A DNA stretch of 40,000 nt from Erwinia phage vB_Ea277G, in the sequence record OP991903.1, one strand, 5' to 3'. The notes below the pieces were generated by a model. The model saw only the letters and a list, made by a program, of their open reading frames with translations, was not told where the DNA came from and made no database searches. The translations under genes were made by a program, and so were the position numbers. Position 1 is the first letter of the stretch. The number at the start of each line of letters is the position of its first letter. Positions 18,172 through 27,177 of this stretch are shown piece by piece.

Positions 18172-19140
18172 ATGAGCTCACGTAACACCGTTTCCATCTA
18201 TGGCTGTGGCGGCACTGGTATCAACATTGTCAGCCTGCTGATGAAGAAAAACCTCGCGGGTCTGGCCGAAGTGAAAGCCCACTTCGTCGATACCTCTCGT
18301 TCAAACTTTAGCGCCATCGGCGGTTCCAACTTCCGTGATGAAGACTGCTATATCATCCCGGGTGCAACCGACGGTTCTGGCAAAGAGCGCAGCACCAACT
18401 ATCACCCTATCGCCCGTGCCATCCCAGACGTGCTGGTCAGCCACCCTGCCGGTGACCTGAACATTCTGGTGTTCTCAGGCGGTGGCGGTTCCGGTTCTGT
18501 TATTGGACCGAAACTGGCCGAAGAACTGTTGCGCCAGAAAAAACCAACCGTGTTCTTTGTGGTAGGTTCTGCGGAAAACTCCCAGACCACCAAAAACACC
18601 ATGGATACCTGGCAGACCCTGAACGGTATCGCGAAGAAGAACGAATCCACTGCGGTCGTCTTCTACGAAGATAACGGTTCTGTGGCACAGGACAACGACG
18701 TTGATGCGCAGATGGTTCTGGGCCTGCTGTCTATCCTTGACCTGTACTCTGGCGAACACGACCGTCTCGACAGCTCTGACGTCCACCGTTTCTTCAACGT
18801 GAAAAATGGCCCAGGCGTTGCGCTGCTGGACATCACCCCAGACTACAGCCATGCGAAGTCACTGCCATACCCACTGGCGGTTGCCAGCCTGCACGGTTCA
18901 GTCGACGGTGCCAACCCATCCCTGCCGTCTGAGTACGGTTGTGAAGGGTATCGCCGCGTAGCTGAAAAGAACGACCTGCACTTCATCATCTACACCCAAG
19001 ACCTGGCGGGTGTGATTGCAGGCCTGCAAAAGACAGTGGACAACTTCGAAGCGCTGGCCCGTGCCCGTAAACAACGTGAGAGCGTTGACGTGCTGGATAC
19101 CGCTGGTCTGAACGACGACGGCTTTAAATTCTCTTCGTAA
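18172..19140 (+). CDS. phuZ: PhuZ-like phage tubulin/FtsZ homolog
   Basis: N-terminal SIYGCGGTGINIVSLLM; signature FSGGGGSGSVIGPKLAEELLRQKKPTVFFVVGSAENSQTTKNTMDTWQTLNGIA closely parallels PhuZ GGGSGSVLGP...FVVGAMES...NDIDTMKTLEAIA; acidic C-terminal tail. Confidence 0.92.
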   Translation: MSSRNTVSIYGCGGTGINIVSLLMKKNLAGLAEVKAHFVDTSRSNFSAIGGSNFRDEDCYIIPGATDGSGKERSTNYHPIARAIPDVLVSHPAGDLNILVFSGGGGSGSVIGPKLAEELLRQKKPTVFFVVGSAENSQTTKNTMDTWQTLNGIAKKNESTAVVFYEDNGSVAQDNDVDAQMVLGLLSILDLYSGEHDRLDSSDVHRFFNVKNGPGVALLDITPDYSHAKSLPYPLAVASLHGSVDGANPSLPSEYGCEGYRRVAEKNDLHFIIYTQDLAGVIAGLQKTVDNFEALARARKQRESVDVLDTAGLNDDGFKFSS

Positions 19141-19624
19141 GAGAACCGTTCGCGGTTTAGTCTATTATATGTACAAATATGCAAGCTAACGTAGTTGTTC
19201 TCTGGATGGAATAGCTGCGGGGTGTCTGGTCAACACCTGCGTGCAGAGGTACCCCAAAAAACCCAAGCTGCTTAACTGCGGCCATTAAGTTCCCAGCGGG
19301 GAACGTTGATTAACCACTCCTAGGAAACAGCTGCGCTGAACCCGACCGAGTATAGGTTAACATGACAAGACTAAGATACCTGGTTACCCACACAATCGGC
19401 TTACGAGCGCGAGCGGTGAGGTAACCAGAATATCTTCTTTTATTTTCTTTTCCTAACTAACAGAGTTTAAAGGATATATTATCCAGATGAATACAAATTC
19501 AGGAAACCGCCTGTATTAAATTCTACGCGGTTTTCTCTGTTATGTGGAACCTTGTATAGGGCGGATAGTTTAAAGCGCTCAGCGAGGGTTGTGGAGATGA
19601 TTATGGCGAACCGAGAGGCGTTAC
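19141..19624 (+). ncRNA. Long structured non-coding region (candidate RNA and leader)
   Basis: Several hairpins, including 19380-19388/19420-19428 (CTGGTTACC/GGTAACCAG) followed by T-rich sequence; TATATTAT at 19475. Confidence 0.45.
19475..19482 (+). promoter_or_regulatory. Putative phiKZ-type early promoter TATATTAT
   Basis: Motif in an intergenic region, same as at 155. Confidence 0.5.
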
Positions 19625-19939
19625 ATGAGATTCACCGTTGAGTGTCACGGGCGACTCAGTTTTATAGAAGAGGTATGCTACGAACTCATTGACGGGGAAA
19701 ATTATAACCTGCTGGATATCCTGCTGTACATCTTGGTTAAGGACAACGACCTGATTGTGGACGGCTTCGACCATCGAGCCATCGGCGGCGGGGAGTTATT
19801 CGTGGCCGAGAAAGTGCGCAACATTTACGGTAAACGCGCCATGCATTTGCCGTCGTATGTCCACGCAGTGAAGGACCCGAAGTTGAGCTGTGGGTTCTTG
19901 AGCATGACGGAGGTAGATGTACGTGATTACTGGACATAG
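19625..19939 (+). CDS. Hypothetical protein
   Basis: 104-aa ORF. Confidence 0.65.
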   Translation: MRFTVECHGRLSFIEEVCYELIDGENYNLLDILLYILVKDNDLIVDGFDHRAIGGGELFVAEKVRNIYGKRAMHLPSYVHAVKDPKLSCGFLSMTEVDVRDYWT

Positions 19940-20372
19940 GTTCGATGTCCCACGCTTCCTTCAGAATGCGTTAGACCGAACTCCAATTAACCTCGACCTT
20001 CAATGGGTCTATCAGTCCTTGCTGGAAACCTGGGTAACTATGCAAGGATTCTACCGCCGTAACGCATTGGAAATTCGTTGGGACAAACGAATGGAAGAGC
20101 AGTTTATAATGGCGTGGGAAACCAACTTCTACGAGCTGTTTATCGACTCGCATGAAAGTGACGATAACGACTTACCTGAACGACAGTGGCAAGAGTTCCA
20201 GGCCTTTGCCAACAGCTTTACTGGCCGAGGTGCTGAACGTCATGGTTACGAACGACTGTGGCGTTCATTTGACCGACTGTTAATACCTCTAAACATTATC
20301 AGCCCATACTGCCTGGAAGACCCGGAACCGACAGCCGAGTGGTTCTACGTCGCCGACAGTGAGGAGTACTAA
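19917..20372 (+). CDS. Hypothetical protein
   Basis: 151-aa ORF; start uncertain. Confidence 0.65.
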   Translation: MYVITGHRFDVPRFLQNALDRTPINLDLQWVYQSLLETWVTMQGFYRRNALEIRWDKRMEEQFIMAWETNFYELFIDSHESDDNDLPERQWQEFQAFANSFTGRGAERHGYERLWRSFDRLLIPLNIISPYCLEDPEPTAEWFYVADSEEY

Positions 20373-20373
20373 A

Positions 20374-20850
20374 ATGCGCTTTAAGATAGACCTGAGCCAA
20401 TGGCAGGATTTACTCCATGCCTGGATTATACATGAGCGCGAACGAAACGATGCCTTTGACCGCCGATTCAAAAGCGACAAACTTACTTACGACGACACCC
20501 GGGATACCCTCCTGAACATTCTCTGGAATGAGTGTCATCGCAACGTCAAATACCAGGCTGACAACTGGGATGTTGACACCGCGATAGAGAAGTGGTTTGA
20601 CGGGTACTACCCGTACCCAGGGGTAACCCGAGATGGGACGGTTAGAGACCAGGAGTCGATAACGTTGTCGGACATCATGTACCGGATTGAAGACCGCATC
20701 CGTGACCATGCATCCCGATTCTCGTTGCACAGCCGCTGGCAAATCTACGAACTCTACAATGACTCCCGTGAGGTGTTCATTCTGGAAATGTTCGGAGATT
20801 GGCGGGCCCAGCAGTACTGTATTAATAAGGGTATCGCCTATGAGCCGTAA
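20374..20850 (+). CDS. Hypothetical protein, start refined to ATG 20374
   Basis: GAGGAG upstream. Confidence 0.7.
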   Translation: MRFKIDLSQWQDLLHAWIIHERERNDAFDRRFKSDKLTYDDTRDTLLNILWNECHRNVKYQADNWDVDTAIEKWFDGYYPYPGVTRDGTVRDQESITLSDIMYRIEDRIRDHASRFSLHSRWQIYELYNDSREVFILEMFGDWRAQQYCINKGIAYEP

Positions 20851-21211
20851 CCGCCACGACGAATTGATTCTGATTCCCGTTGACCGGTTGTACAGCAAAT
20901 ACGAATGTGTAATAGAGGAACGCTTTCCCGACTTGTTAGGGCAGTTGAACTTAGAAACCCACATCACCCTGTTCCTGGATACGGTCTTGTCTTCGGATAA
21001 GTACGGCCTCACGGAACGGGAGATGGATTTCGTGACTGACCTGATGATGTTTGACGTGAGTCGCGTTGACGCCGAAGAGATGCTTTCGGAAGCGAAGGCA
21101 TTTACAAAAGGGGTTATCTACCGACACACGGGGAAAGTGCGTTTCCACCTGGTCAGCCGTTGGGAATTCTTGAACCGGCGTAAGGATACGATTGTCTTAC
21201 GTGTGAAATAA
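20840..21211 (+). CDS. Hypothetical protein, start refined to ATG 20840
   Basis: Overlap with previous gene; C-terminal RWEFLNRRKDTIVLRVK. Confidence 0.7.
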   Translation: MSRNRHDELILIPVDRLYSKYECVIEERFPDLLGQLNLETHITLFLDTVLSSDKYGLTEREMDFVTDLMMFDVSRVDAEEMLSEAKAFTKGVIYRHTGKVRFHLVSRWEFLNRRKDTIVLRVK

Positions 21212-21222
21212 GCAGGGGTTAT

Positions 21223-21639
21223 ATGTCTAGACGTCAAGAAATAGAACTCATTGACATCGCCATACGTAACCGTGATATCGGGGAGTACGCGATGAAATCG
21301 TTTATCGGCTCCCGGACGTTCTGCAAGGCCGCTGTTCTCGCTTCTTTCATCACTGCGAAAAGCGAGGACCGGCTCCATATGCGCATGAGTCTGTATTACG
21401 AATTGGCCGACTACGTGGAAGAAGCCATTTGTGACCAACTGAGGATTGACAGTCATAACCTGACCGAATCCGAAGTGGAGCAGATTCGTGGGAAGGTGTA
21501 TCGCGAGATACACCAGGTGGCCAAATGGTTGCGGAACAAAACCCACAATTACGCGGACCGAGTACAAGACATCAAGGAGGTCAGGGTCGCCCCTGACTTC
21601 GCCCGAGGGATTCTGGTCGTGAGGTTTGAACCACGATGA
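21223..21639 (+). CDS. Hypothetical protein
   Basis: 138-aa ORF, C-terminal FARGILVVRFEPR. Confidence 0.72.
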   Translation: MSRRQEIELIDIAIRNRDIGEYAMKSFIGSRTFCKAAVLASFITAKSEDRLHMRMSLYYELADYVEEAICDQLRIDSHNLTESEVEQIRGKVYREIHQVAKWLRNKTHNYADRVQDIKEVRVAPDFARGILVVRFEPR

Positions 21640-22010
21640 GAACCATTCGGATAGTCCTACCATCGTCGTATCGGGTTGATAGAACCCATCAGCGACTACT
21701 ACGTTCCCCACACTACCGCGTCTTGCACACGGTAGCGTGGTCCTCATTCCTTTATGCTCATCGTCACCCTAATCGAGACTGGTTGGATGAAATCGCCTAC
21801 CAGATTCAAATTGTACGTAATCGTCTGGATGATTTGGGGAGTGTTGAACTCCTCGATGTCCAGCGATTCGCCCAGGCTCTCTGGGAGTCGTACAAGACAG
21901 CGGTCATCCGACGTCATTATCCCGATGCAACCATTGTAGACGTTTCTTATACAAGCACGGGTATTCGAGTCAAGGCGTTCGAGTGGGACGAAAGCGACAA
22001 ACCGTTTTAA
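21636..22010 (+). CDS. Hypothetical protein
   Basis: ATGA overlap. Confidence 0.72.
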   Translation: MRTIRIVLPSSYRVDRTHQRLLRSPHYRVLHTVAWSSFLYAHRHPNRDWLDEIAYQIQIVRNRLDDLGSVELLDVQRFAQALWESYKTAVIRRHYPDATIVDVSYTSTGIRVKAFEWDESDKPF

Positions 22011-22020
22011 CGGAGAGTAT

Positions 22021-22449
22021 ATGAGTTCATTTTTACATCGTGTTGAAGTGTTCTCCTTTGACACTAATCTGTCGCGCCGTGAGATACGTGAGTTCGTCCG
22101 CCGGTACCTGGATGAGTTCACTGTTTCAGAAGCCATCAAGATGGCAACCGAAGCTGTCATGGCGTATGAGAAAGCACCGGACAGCGGTTGGTTCGAAGAC
22201 CTGCAAGATGCCGTAGAGGAAGTTCTTCGTCATGTGTACCGTGACGAGAAAATCTTCTTGATGGACCACCTGCAAGACCTTTCGGAAGAACGCGCTAATT
22301 CCATATGTGATTTGTGTGCAGTAATCGAGCCCGGTCTCTTGGGTAGCCTTGACCACTTTAACTTCAACTTCCGCCGTATGGATTATGAAGTGCAGGGGGC
22401 GGAGTTACTGGGGGTAGGGATTGCCGTGAGTATTGCTGTCGAGCGCTGA
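22021..22449 (+). CDS. Hypothetical protein
   Basis: 142-aa ORF, GGAG upstream. Confidence 0.72.
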   Translation: MSSFLHRVEVFSFDTNLSRREIREFVRRYLDEFTVSEAIKMATEAVMAYEKAPDSGWFEDLQDAVEEVLRHVYRDEKIFLMDHLQDLSEERANSICDLCAVIEPGLLGSLDHFNFNFRRMDYEVQGAELLGVGIAVSIAVER

Positions 22450-22456
22450 GGTATTT

Positions 22457-22831
22457 ATGAAAGAGCCAAGTAGCAGCGGCGTTCAAATATTTGAATGTAT
22501 GCGCGCCTTTGAGCTCCTCGATGACGTCGTAGAGATGGCCCCTATGGGCTGTCACATCAACTACGACCTCTGGTTAGGAGGGGCGCTCCGTCAAGCCCTG
22601 ACTAATCAGGGCGGTGAGTGGGAAACAGCTTGTACCTGGTGCAGTAGCGACCGGGGCGAACAAGAGTGGTATCGTACGGTCCTTTACGACGCGCAAGTCC
22701 GTATCATTGACATGTTCCGGAAGCAGTGGGATGAAGTGGCAGCCGATGACGCTCGAAACGTCCTGGTGGTGACAGACTGGAAGTTTCTGTTCAAAGCCCA
22801 AACCATCGTGGTGAGGTACGTTCGCAGATGA
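22457..22831 (+). CDS. Hypothetical protein, start refined to ATG 22457
   Basis: C-terminal DWKFLFKAQTIVVRYVRR. Confidence 0.68.
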   Translation: MKEPSSSGVQIFECMRAFELLDDVVEMAPMGCHINYDLWLGGALRQALTNQGGEWETACTWCSSDRGEQEWYRTVLYDAQVRIIDMFRKQWDEVAADDARNVLVVTDWKFLFKAQTIVVRYVRR

Positions 22832-23211
22832 GCAAAAAAAGAAAAGTACCGGAAATCAACATCACGGAAACCCCTAACGCGGTCCTCTGTGATTGTAACC
22901 TGTTTCCGTACCTGGTCGACGGTGTCGGCCGGGAATACCTGAAAGACGACCCTGACATGCCGCCGATGTTGGCTGCCCAAATGGCCGTAAGTTGGGTGAC
23001 CACGCAGATGCGCGTGCTTTTGGAGGGCAGTTCACCGCATGACGCCTGGAGTAACTACGACGACGTGTGGGTGTCTGTGTTGAAACGCATTGTCAACGGT
23101 ATCAGCGAACATTACAAACTTCCGATTGGCGAGAACTATAGTTACAAGGTTGAACCGATTACCGGCCCTTCTCTGTGTATAGTCTACCGATTCAAAGGGG
23201 TGTTGCAGTGA
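22828..23211 (+). CDS. Hypothetical protein; shares 25-nt identity and LKRIVNGI with the 658 ORF
   Basis: ATGA overlap; 127-aa ORF. Confidence 0.72.
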   Translation: MSKKRKVPEINITETPNAVLCDCNLFPYLVDGVGREYLKDDPDMPPMLAAQMAVSWVTTQMRVLLEGSSPHDAWSNYDDVWVSVLKRIVNGISEHYKLPIGENYSYKVEPITGPSLCIVYRFKGVLQ

Positions 23212-23630
23212 GCCTGATTCTCGACAAGTTCAAAATTGGGGATACCATCTCCTTCCAGTGTTACTCCACATTGGCAGGTGGACCCTTCAATCGTGTTAAG
23301 GTAACCGACCAAGTGTCCGCGGATACCACGAAGTACTTCAACTTCGATGCCGCCGCAGTACATGGTCAGGTGATTGCTGATGAGAACGTCCCCCGTGGAC
23401 AAATCCCATTGGACTACGCCAGTTACCAGTACCTGGTAGTCACCCCGGCAGGTGACCCGACGACGAAGTTAGTGGTGGGGATTCCATGGATTCGTGCCGA
23501 CAGTATCACGGTCGAATCTACCCGCAATGCCGTGGGTTACTTCCCTAACTTGAGTGATGCGAAGTTGTCTGAACTTCGTCTGGCAATTTCGTCAGTGGAC
23601 ATCAGCGACTTTACCATCAACTTCGAGTAA
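23208..23630 (+). CDS. Hypothetical protein, start refined to GTG 23208
   Basis: GTGA overlap; MSLILDKFKIGDTISF... Confidence 0.7.
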   Translation: MSLILDKFKIGDTISFQCYSTLAGGPFNRVKVTDQVSADTTKYFNFDAAAVHGQVIADENVPRGQIPLDYASYQYLVVTPAGDPTTKLVVGIPWIRADSITVESTRNAVGYFPNLSDAKLSELRLAISSVDISDFTINFE

Positions 23631-23636
23631 TAAAGC

Positions 23637-23670
23637 GGGGGACTTCGGTCCCCCATTTATTTTTTATTTT
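23637..23670 (+). terminator. Rho-independent terminator
   Basis: GGGGGAC-TTCG-GTCCCCC followed by ATTTATTTTTTATTTT. Confidence 0.8.
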
Positions 23671-23718
23671 CTCCTGTCATGGTGTAGAACAAAAGTATCG
23701 GACTACAGGACCTGTACA

Positions 23719-25869
23719 ATGGAACCAACCAACCCGTTTAACCGCACGGCTGAGCAATATAGCCGCGATTTGGATATTCGTCGGGCGTACGTGGAACAAA
23801 CCGCCATCTACCTGTCGAAGTCGACCGGGGTAGAAATGGACGAATGTCGCGTGTTCGTGATTCAGGAACTGCAAAGTCAGATGAAGGACCCACTGGTCTG
23901 CGTCCTGGAACGAGACGAGGAGGGGGACCGCTCGAAGAAAGCGTATCCGTTCACCCAGTACCTCGACTACGTTATCAAGAACCGCTATTACATTGCCCCA
24001 ACGTTATCGGTCGTTCTCCCGCCGTGGATTCGTGAATCGAAGTTATCCAAATACATCAAGGGTAACTTGGCTGACCGTAACGAAGAAAAACATAAGCAGA
24101 TGATTGCCAAGAACCGCGGTGACGCGTTCAAAGCGACTTTGCACAAGAACAACCAGAACAACAAAAAGATTCTGAACAACGCCATCTCCGGTAACCACCG
24201 TTCAGAACACTCGCATCTGGTTGACCGCCCGACTCACCCGATACTGACCTCCAGTTGCCGTATTGCGAACGGCGTGGCGAACAGTCATAACGAACGGTTC
24301 CTGGCAGGTAACCGACACTACTACTCCCCGGAGGTGGTGATAAATAACTTCGCCTCGATACTCGACCTCACCGACTTTACCATGGTCCGTGACGCGTGCG
24401 AGCATCACCGTCTCCATATGCCCTCGCCTGACGAAGTCATGCAAATGGTGGAGCGGTCTATCGAACCGTACTGGAGTGGTCGCGTGGGTCTGGTCAACAT
24501 TGAGCGTTTTGTGCGCAATATGGAACCGGAAGAACGTGCCGCAGTCATGTACATGGGGGACTTCTACCACCTGCGTCTGTATAACGAAGAACTGGTGCGT
24601 ACTTGGATTGACCGGTTGTCCTGTCGTGCCTCGCGCATTGTACCGGACCACGAAGACTGGTTGAAGAAAGTAGACGGTGACATCATTAACCAGGTGAAGG
24701 TTATCTATCCGGATATCCTGGGACGTGAAGAACTGGACAACCCGGAATTGCGTAACGACCCGAACTTTGGGTTAATCGGTAGCTCCTGCTACGAGATTAC
24801 GCAGTGTCTGCATGACCACCGTCGGATTATTGATGCGTTCCACACCACGCGCAATATCCCGTTCCTGATTGCCGACTTCCCGTCCAGTATCCGTAAAGTG
24901 ACCGTGGGGTCCGATACCGACTCCGCCATCTTTACGGTGCAGGATTGGGTGCGTTGGTACTCGGGTAACGATACCATCAACCACGCTAACATCATCGTGG
25001 CAGAAACCTTCGGCTTCCTGATTTCGCAGACCACGACCCATAACCTGGCCACCATGGTTTCGAACATCGGGGTGACTGACCCGAAAGAACTGTTCCGTCT
25101 GTCGATGAAGAACGAATACCTGTTCCCGGTGTTTGTCCTGACCTCGCGGGCGAAACACTACTTTGCGAACATGGCCGTGCAGGAAGGGGTTATCTTCAAG
25201 GAATACGACTTTGAACGTAAAGGCGTAGAACTGATTGCCTCGAACTTACCGCCGGTTATCCGTAAAGACCTGGACGGCGTACTGCACTACATCATCGACT
25301 CGGTCACGAATGACGAACCGGTGTCCATCCACAAGATACTCCGGATGGTAGCGCGTTGGGAATACACGGTAATGGAAAGTGTGATGAGTGGGGAAACAGA
25401 CTACCTGAAGACCGCACGTGTGAACGAAGAGGAAGGGTACTCAACCGAGAACTCTCGCTTCATTAACTACGAAATGTGGCAACGGGTATTCGCACCGAAC
25501 TACGGTGCCTGTGAACCGCCTCCGTATTCCGCCTTGTCGTTCAGTATCACACCGGATACCAAACGTAAGACCGAACAGTGGATATCGACCTGGTCGAACC
25601 GCACAGCGGCTGATGAGATGACGGCGTGGTTAGCCAGTCGTGGGAAGTCGTACGTGGGAGAGATGCTTCTTCCTGAAGCCATTATCCTGTCCGTGGGAAT
25701 CCCCAAGGAAGTCCTGCCCGTGATTGACGTGCGTAAAATCGTGGCGAAAGCCATGAGCCCGTTCTACCTCGTGCTGGAATCCCTGGAGTTCTACTGCTTT
25801 GACGAGAAACAGTCGAAGTTAGTGATGGACATGGTCACCCGTGATGAGGCGTTCATGTTAGATAGTTAA
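23719..25869 (+). CDS. Family-B DNA polymerase, C-terminal (fingers/palm/thumb) portion of a probable split polymerase
   Basis: Motif C-like VGSDTDSAIF (24910-24924), motif B-like KKILNNAISGN (~24160), RAKHYF resembling KKRYA region; no DxxSLYPS motif A or exonuclease motifs in the ORF. Start refined from 23554 to ATG 23719. Confidence 0.75.
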   Translation: MEPTNPFNRTAEQYSRDLDIRRAYVEQTAIYLSKSTGVEMDECRVFVIQELQSQMKDPLVCVLERDEEGDRSKKAYPFTQYLDYVIKNRYYIAPTLSVVLPPWIRESKLSKYIKGNLADRNEEKHKQMIAKNRGDAFKATLHKNNQNNKKILNNAISGNHRSEHSHLVDRPTHPILTSSCRIANGVANSHNERFLAGNRHYYSPEVVINNFASILDLTDFTMVRDACEHHRLHMPSPDEVMQMVERSIEPYWSGRVGLVNIERFVRNMEPEERAAVMYMGDFYHLRLYNEELVRTWIDRLSCRASRIVPDHEDWLKKVDGDIINQVKVIYPDILGREELDNPELRNDPNFGLIGSSCYEITQCLHDHRRIIDAFHTTRNIPFLIADFPSSIRKVTVGSDTDSAIFTVQDWVRWYSGNDTINHANIIVAETFGFLISQTTTHNLATMVSNIGVTDPKELFRLSMKNEYLFPVFVLTSRAKHYFANMAVQEGVIFKEYDFERKGVELIASNLPPVIRKDLDGVLHYIIDSVTNDEPVSIHKILRMVARWEYTVMESVMSGETDYLKTARVNEEEGYSTENSRFINYEMWQRVFAPNYGACEPPPYSALSFSITPDTKRKTEQWISTWSNRTAADEMTAWLASRGKSYVGEMLLPEAIILSVGIPKEVLPVIDVRKIVAKAMSPFYLVLESLEFYCFDEKQSKLVMDMVTRDEAFMLDS

Positions 25870-26926
25870 TCACTTCTTCATCTATTTCTTTCTCGATGCC
25901 CGGATAGGAACTGAGGAACCCGGCGTTCTTGAAGTAACGGTACTTCTTCTTGAGATAAGCGGCAGCCGCGGTGTTATCGTTGCTGCCCGCTTTCTTACTG
26001 AGTTGTACCAGATACGCCAGATACGGCAGGTACCCGAGCAACCAGAGTCCGGAGTTCTTGTTCGTGTACACGCCAGGGGGTAACTGCAAGAAGTCCCACA
26101 GGGTTTCACTGAACACCATCGGTGTACCCAACGCCAGGTCCATGATGGAAGCATTGCTACTGATGGCTTCCTTCAGAAACTCGGCTTGCTCTTTCTCCAC
26201 GAAGTTGGTGACGTCGTTCAAGCCTAACCCATAGCGCCGTTTCTGCGGTACATTGGGGCGACCTTGTGCGGCGTTGCGTAACTGGTTAAAGTAGCAAACG
26301 TCCGTGTCAGACGGTATCAGGTTTACCACCGGATACTGAAACACGAACTGGGCAATGTCCGGTTGTTGGTCCAGATACTTCTCGCAGTACAAACGCCAGC
26401 GGGTGTATTGAAGCATCAACAACGGTACATCCAGGGTCAGGACCGCAACACCTTTAACGCCAACGGTTTCGCTGCCGTTACGGGGGTTCATGTTGAGGTC
26501 ACTGTACGGGTGGGAAACCGCCTGTAACGGTTGGAACGACTGCCAGTACTTCCCGGCATCCAATCCTGTTGGGTAACCACGGGTCACCGCCAGAACGTAC
26601 TCGGTCACGTCCGAACCGTAGAAGTGATTTTTTACTAGCGGTCCACTTTTGTGAACAGCTGTGTTCAGTCGCAAAGCAGTGGCAATCTTTTCCACGCGAC
26701 TGGCGACAGCGTAGTAGTACTGCTCATCATTACCCGTGTACACGACGTTTGCATGGTGGATGACCTGACACAGCAGATTGTCCGACTCCACCGTTCTTAC
26801 CGATTTCCGGAAGTAGTGCGCCAACCGAACGTAAGCTTCATCAAAGCGTGAGGAAACGTACTCGTGTCGGGGTGAAACGTGGAGTGATGAATTGCCGTGA
26901 GTTTTCTGACTAAAGAGTTCAAACAT
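25853..26926 (-). CDS. Hypothetical, possibly virion-associated protein
   Basis: 357-aa ORF, tail-to-tail 17-nt overlap with the polymerase gene. Confidence 0.82.
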   Translation of the reverse strand: MFELFSQKTHGNSSLHVSPRHEYVSSRFDEAYVRLAHYFRKSVRTVESDNLLCQVIHHANVVYTGNDEQYYYAVASRVEKIATALRLNTAVHKSGPLVKNHFYGSDVTEYVLAVTRGYPTGLDAGKYWQSFQPLQAVSHPYSDLNMNPRNGSETVGVKGVAVLTLDVPLLMLQYTRWRLYCEKYLDQQPDIAQFVFQYPVVNLIPSDTDVCYFNQLRNAAQGRPNVPQKRRYGLGLNDVTNFVEKEQAEFLKEAISSNASIMDLALGTPMVFSETLWDFLQLPPGVYTNKNSGLWLLGYLPYLAYLVQLSKKAGSNDNTAAAAYLKKKYRYFKNAGFLSSYPGIEKEIDEEVINYLT

Positions 26927-27177
26927 GACGCCCCCAGTACAGTAATCATTTTTTACGTTACTGTATATATCTTATGTAGAAAGTATTGCCATCCAGAATG
27001 GCAATGCTGGATTAACGGGAGTAAGTGCCTTTTGAAACTTTTTTCAGGCATACATTACTGTAGTGAATTGAGTCCTTTATAGGAATTGATTCGAACGTTT
27101 AGTCTTTCCGGAAAAGCTAAATTCATAGAAGGTTCTCTAAGGACCGTAACGTCACAGTACGTTTAAGGAGAAATGAA
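26927..27177. promoter_or_regulatory. Divergent regulatory region with TACAGTAA/TTACTGTA repeats and TATATATC
   Basis: TACAGTAA-N12-TTACTGTA inverted repeat, another TTACTGTA downstream, ATTTTTTACG at 26948. Confidence 0.45.

Noticed and set aside
19141-19624. tRNA gene in the large non-coding gap
   Set aside because: No cloverleaf with a GTTCRANYC T-loop, D-loop and 7-bp acceptor stem could be assembled by eye; tRNAscan-SE would be needed to exclude it.
21118-21747. Minus-strand ORF of 209 aa
   Set aside because: Overlaps three coupled + strand ORFs with plausible starts and ATGA junctions.
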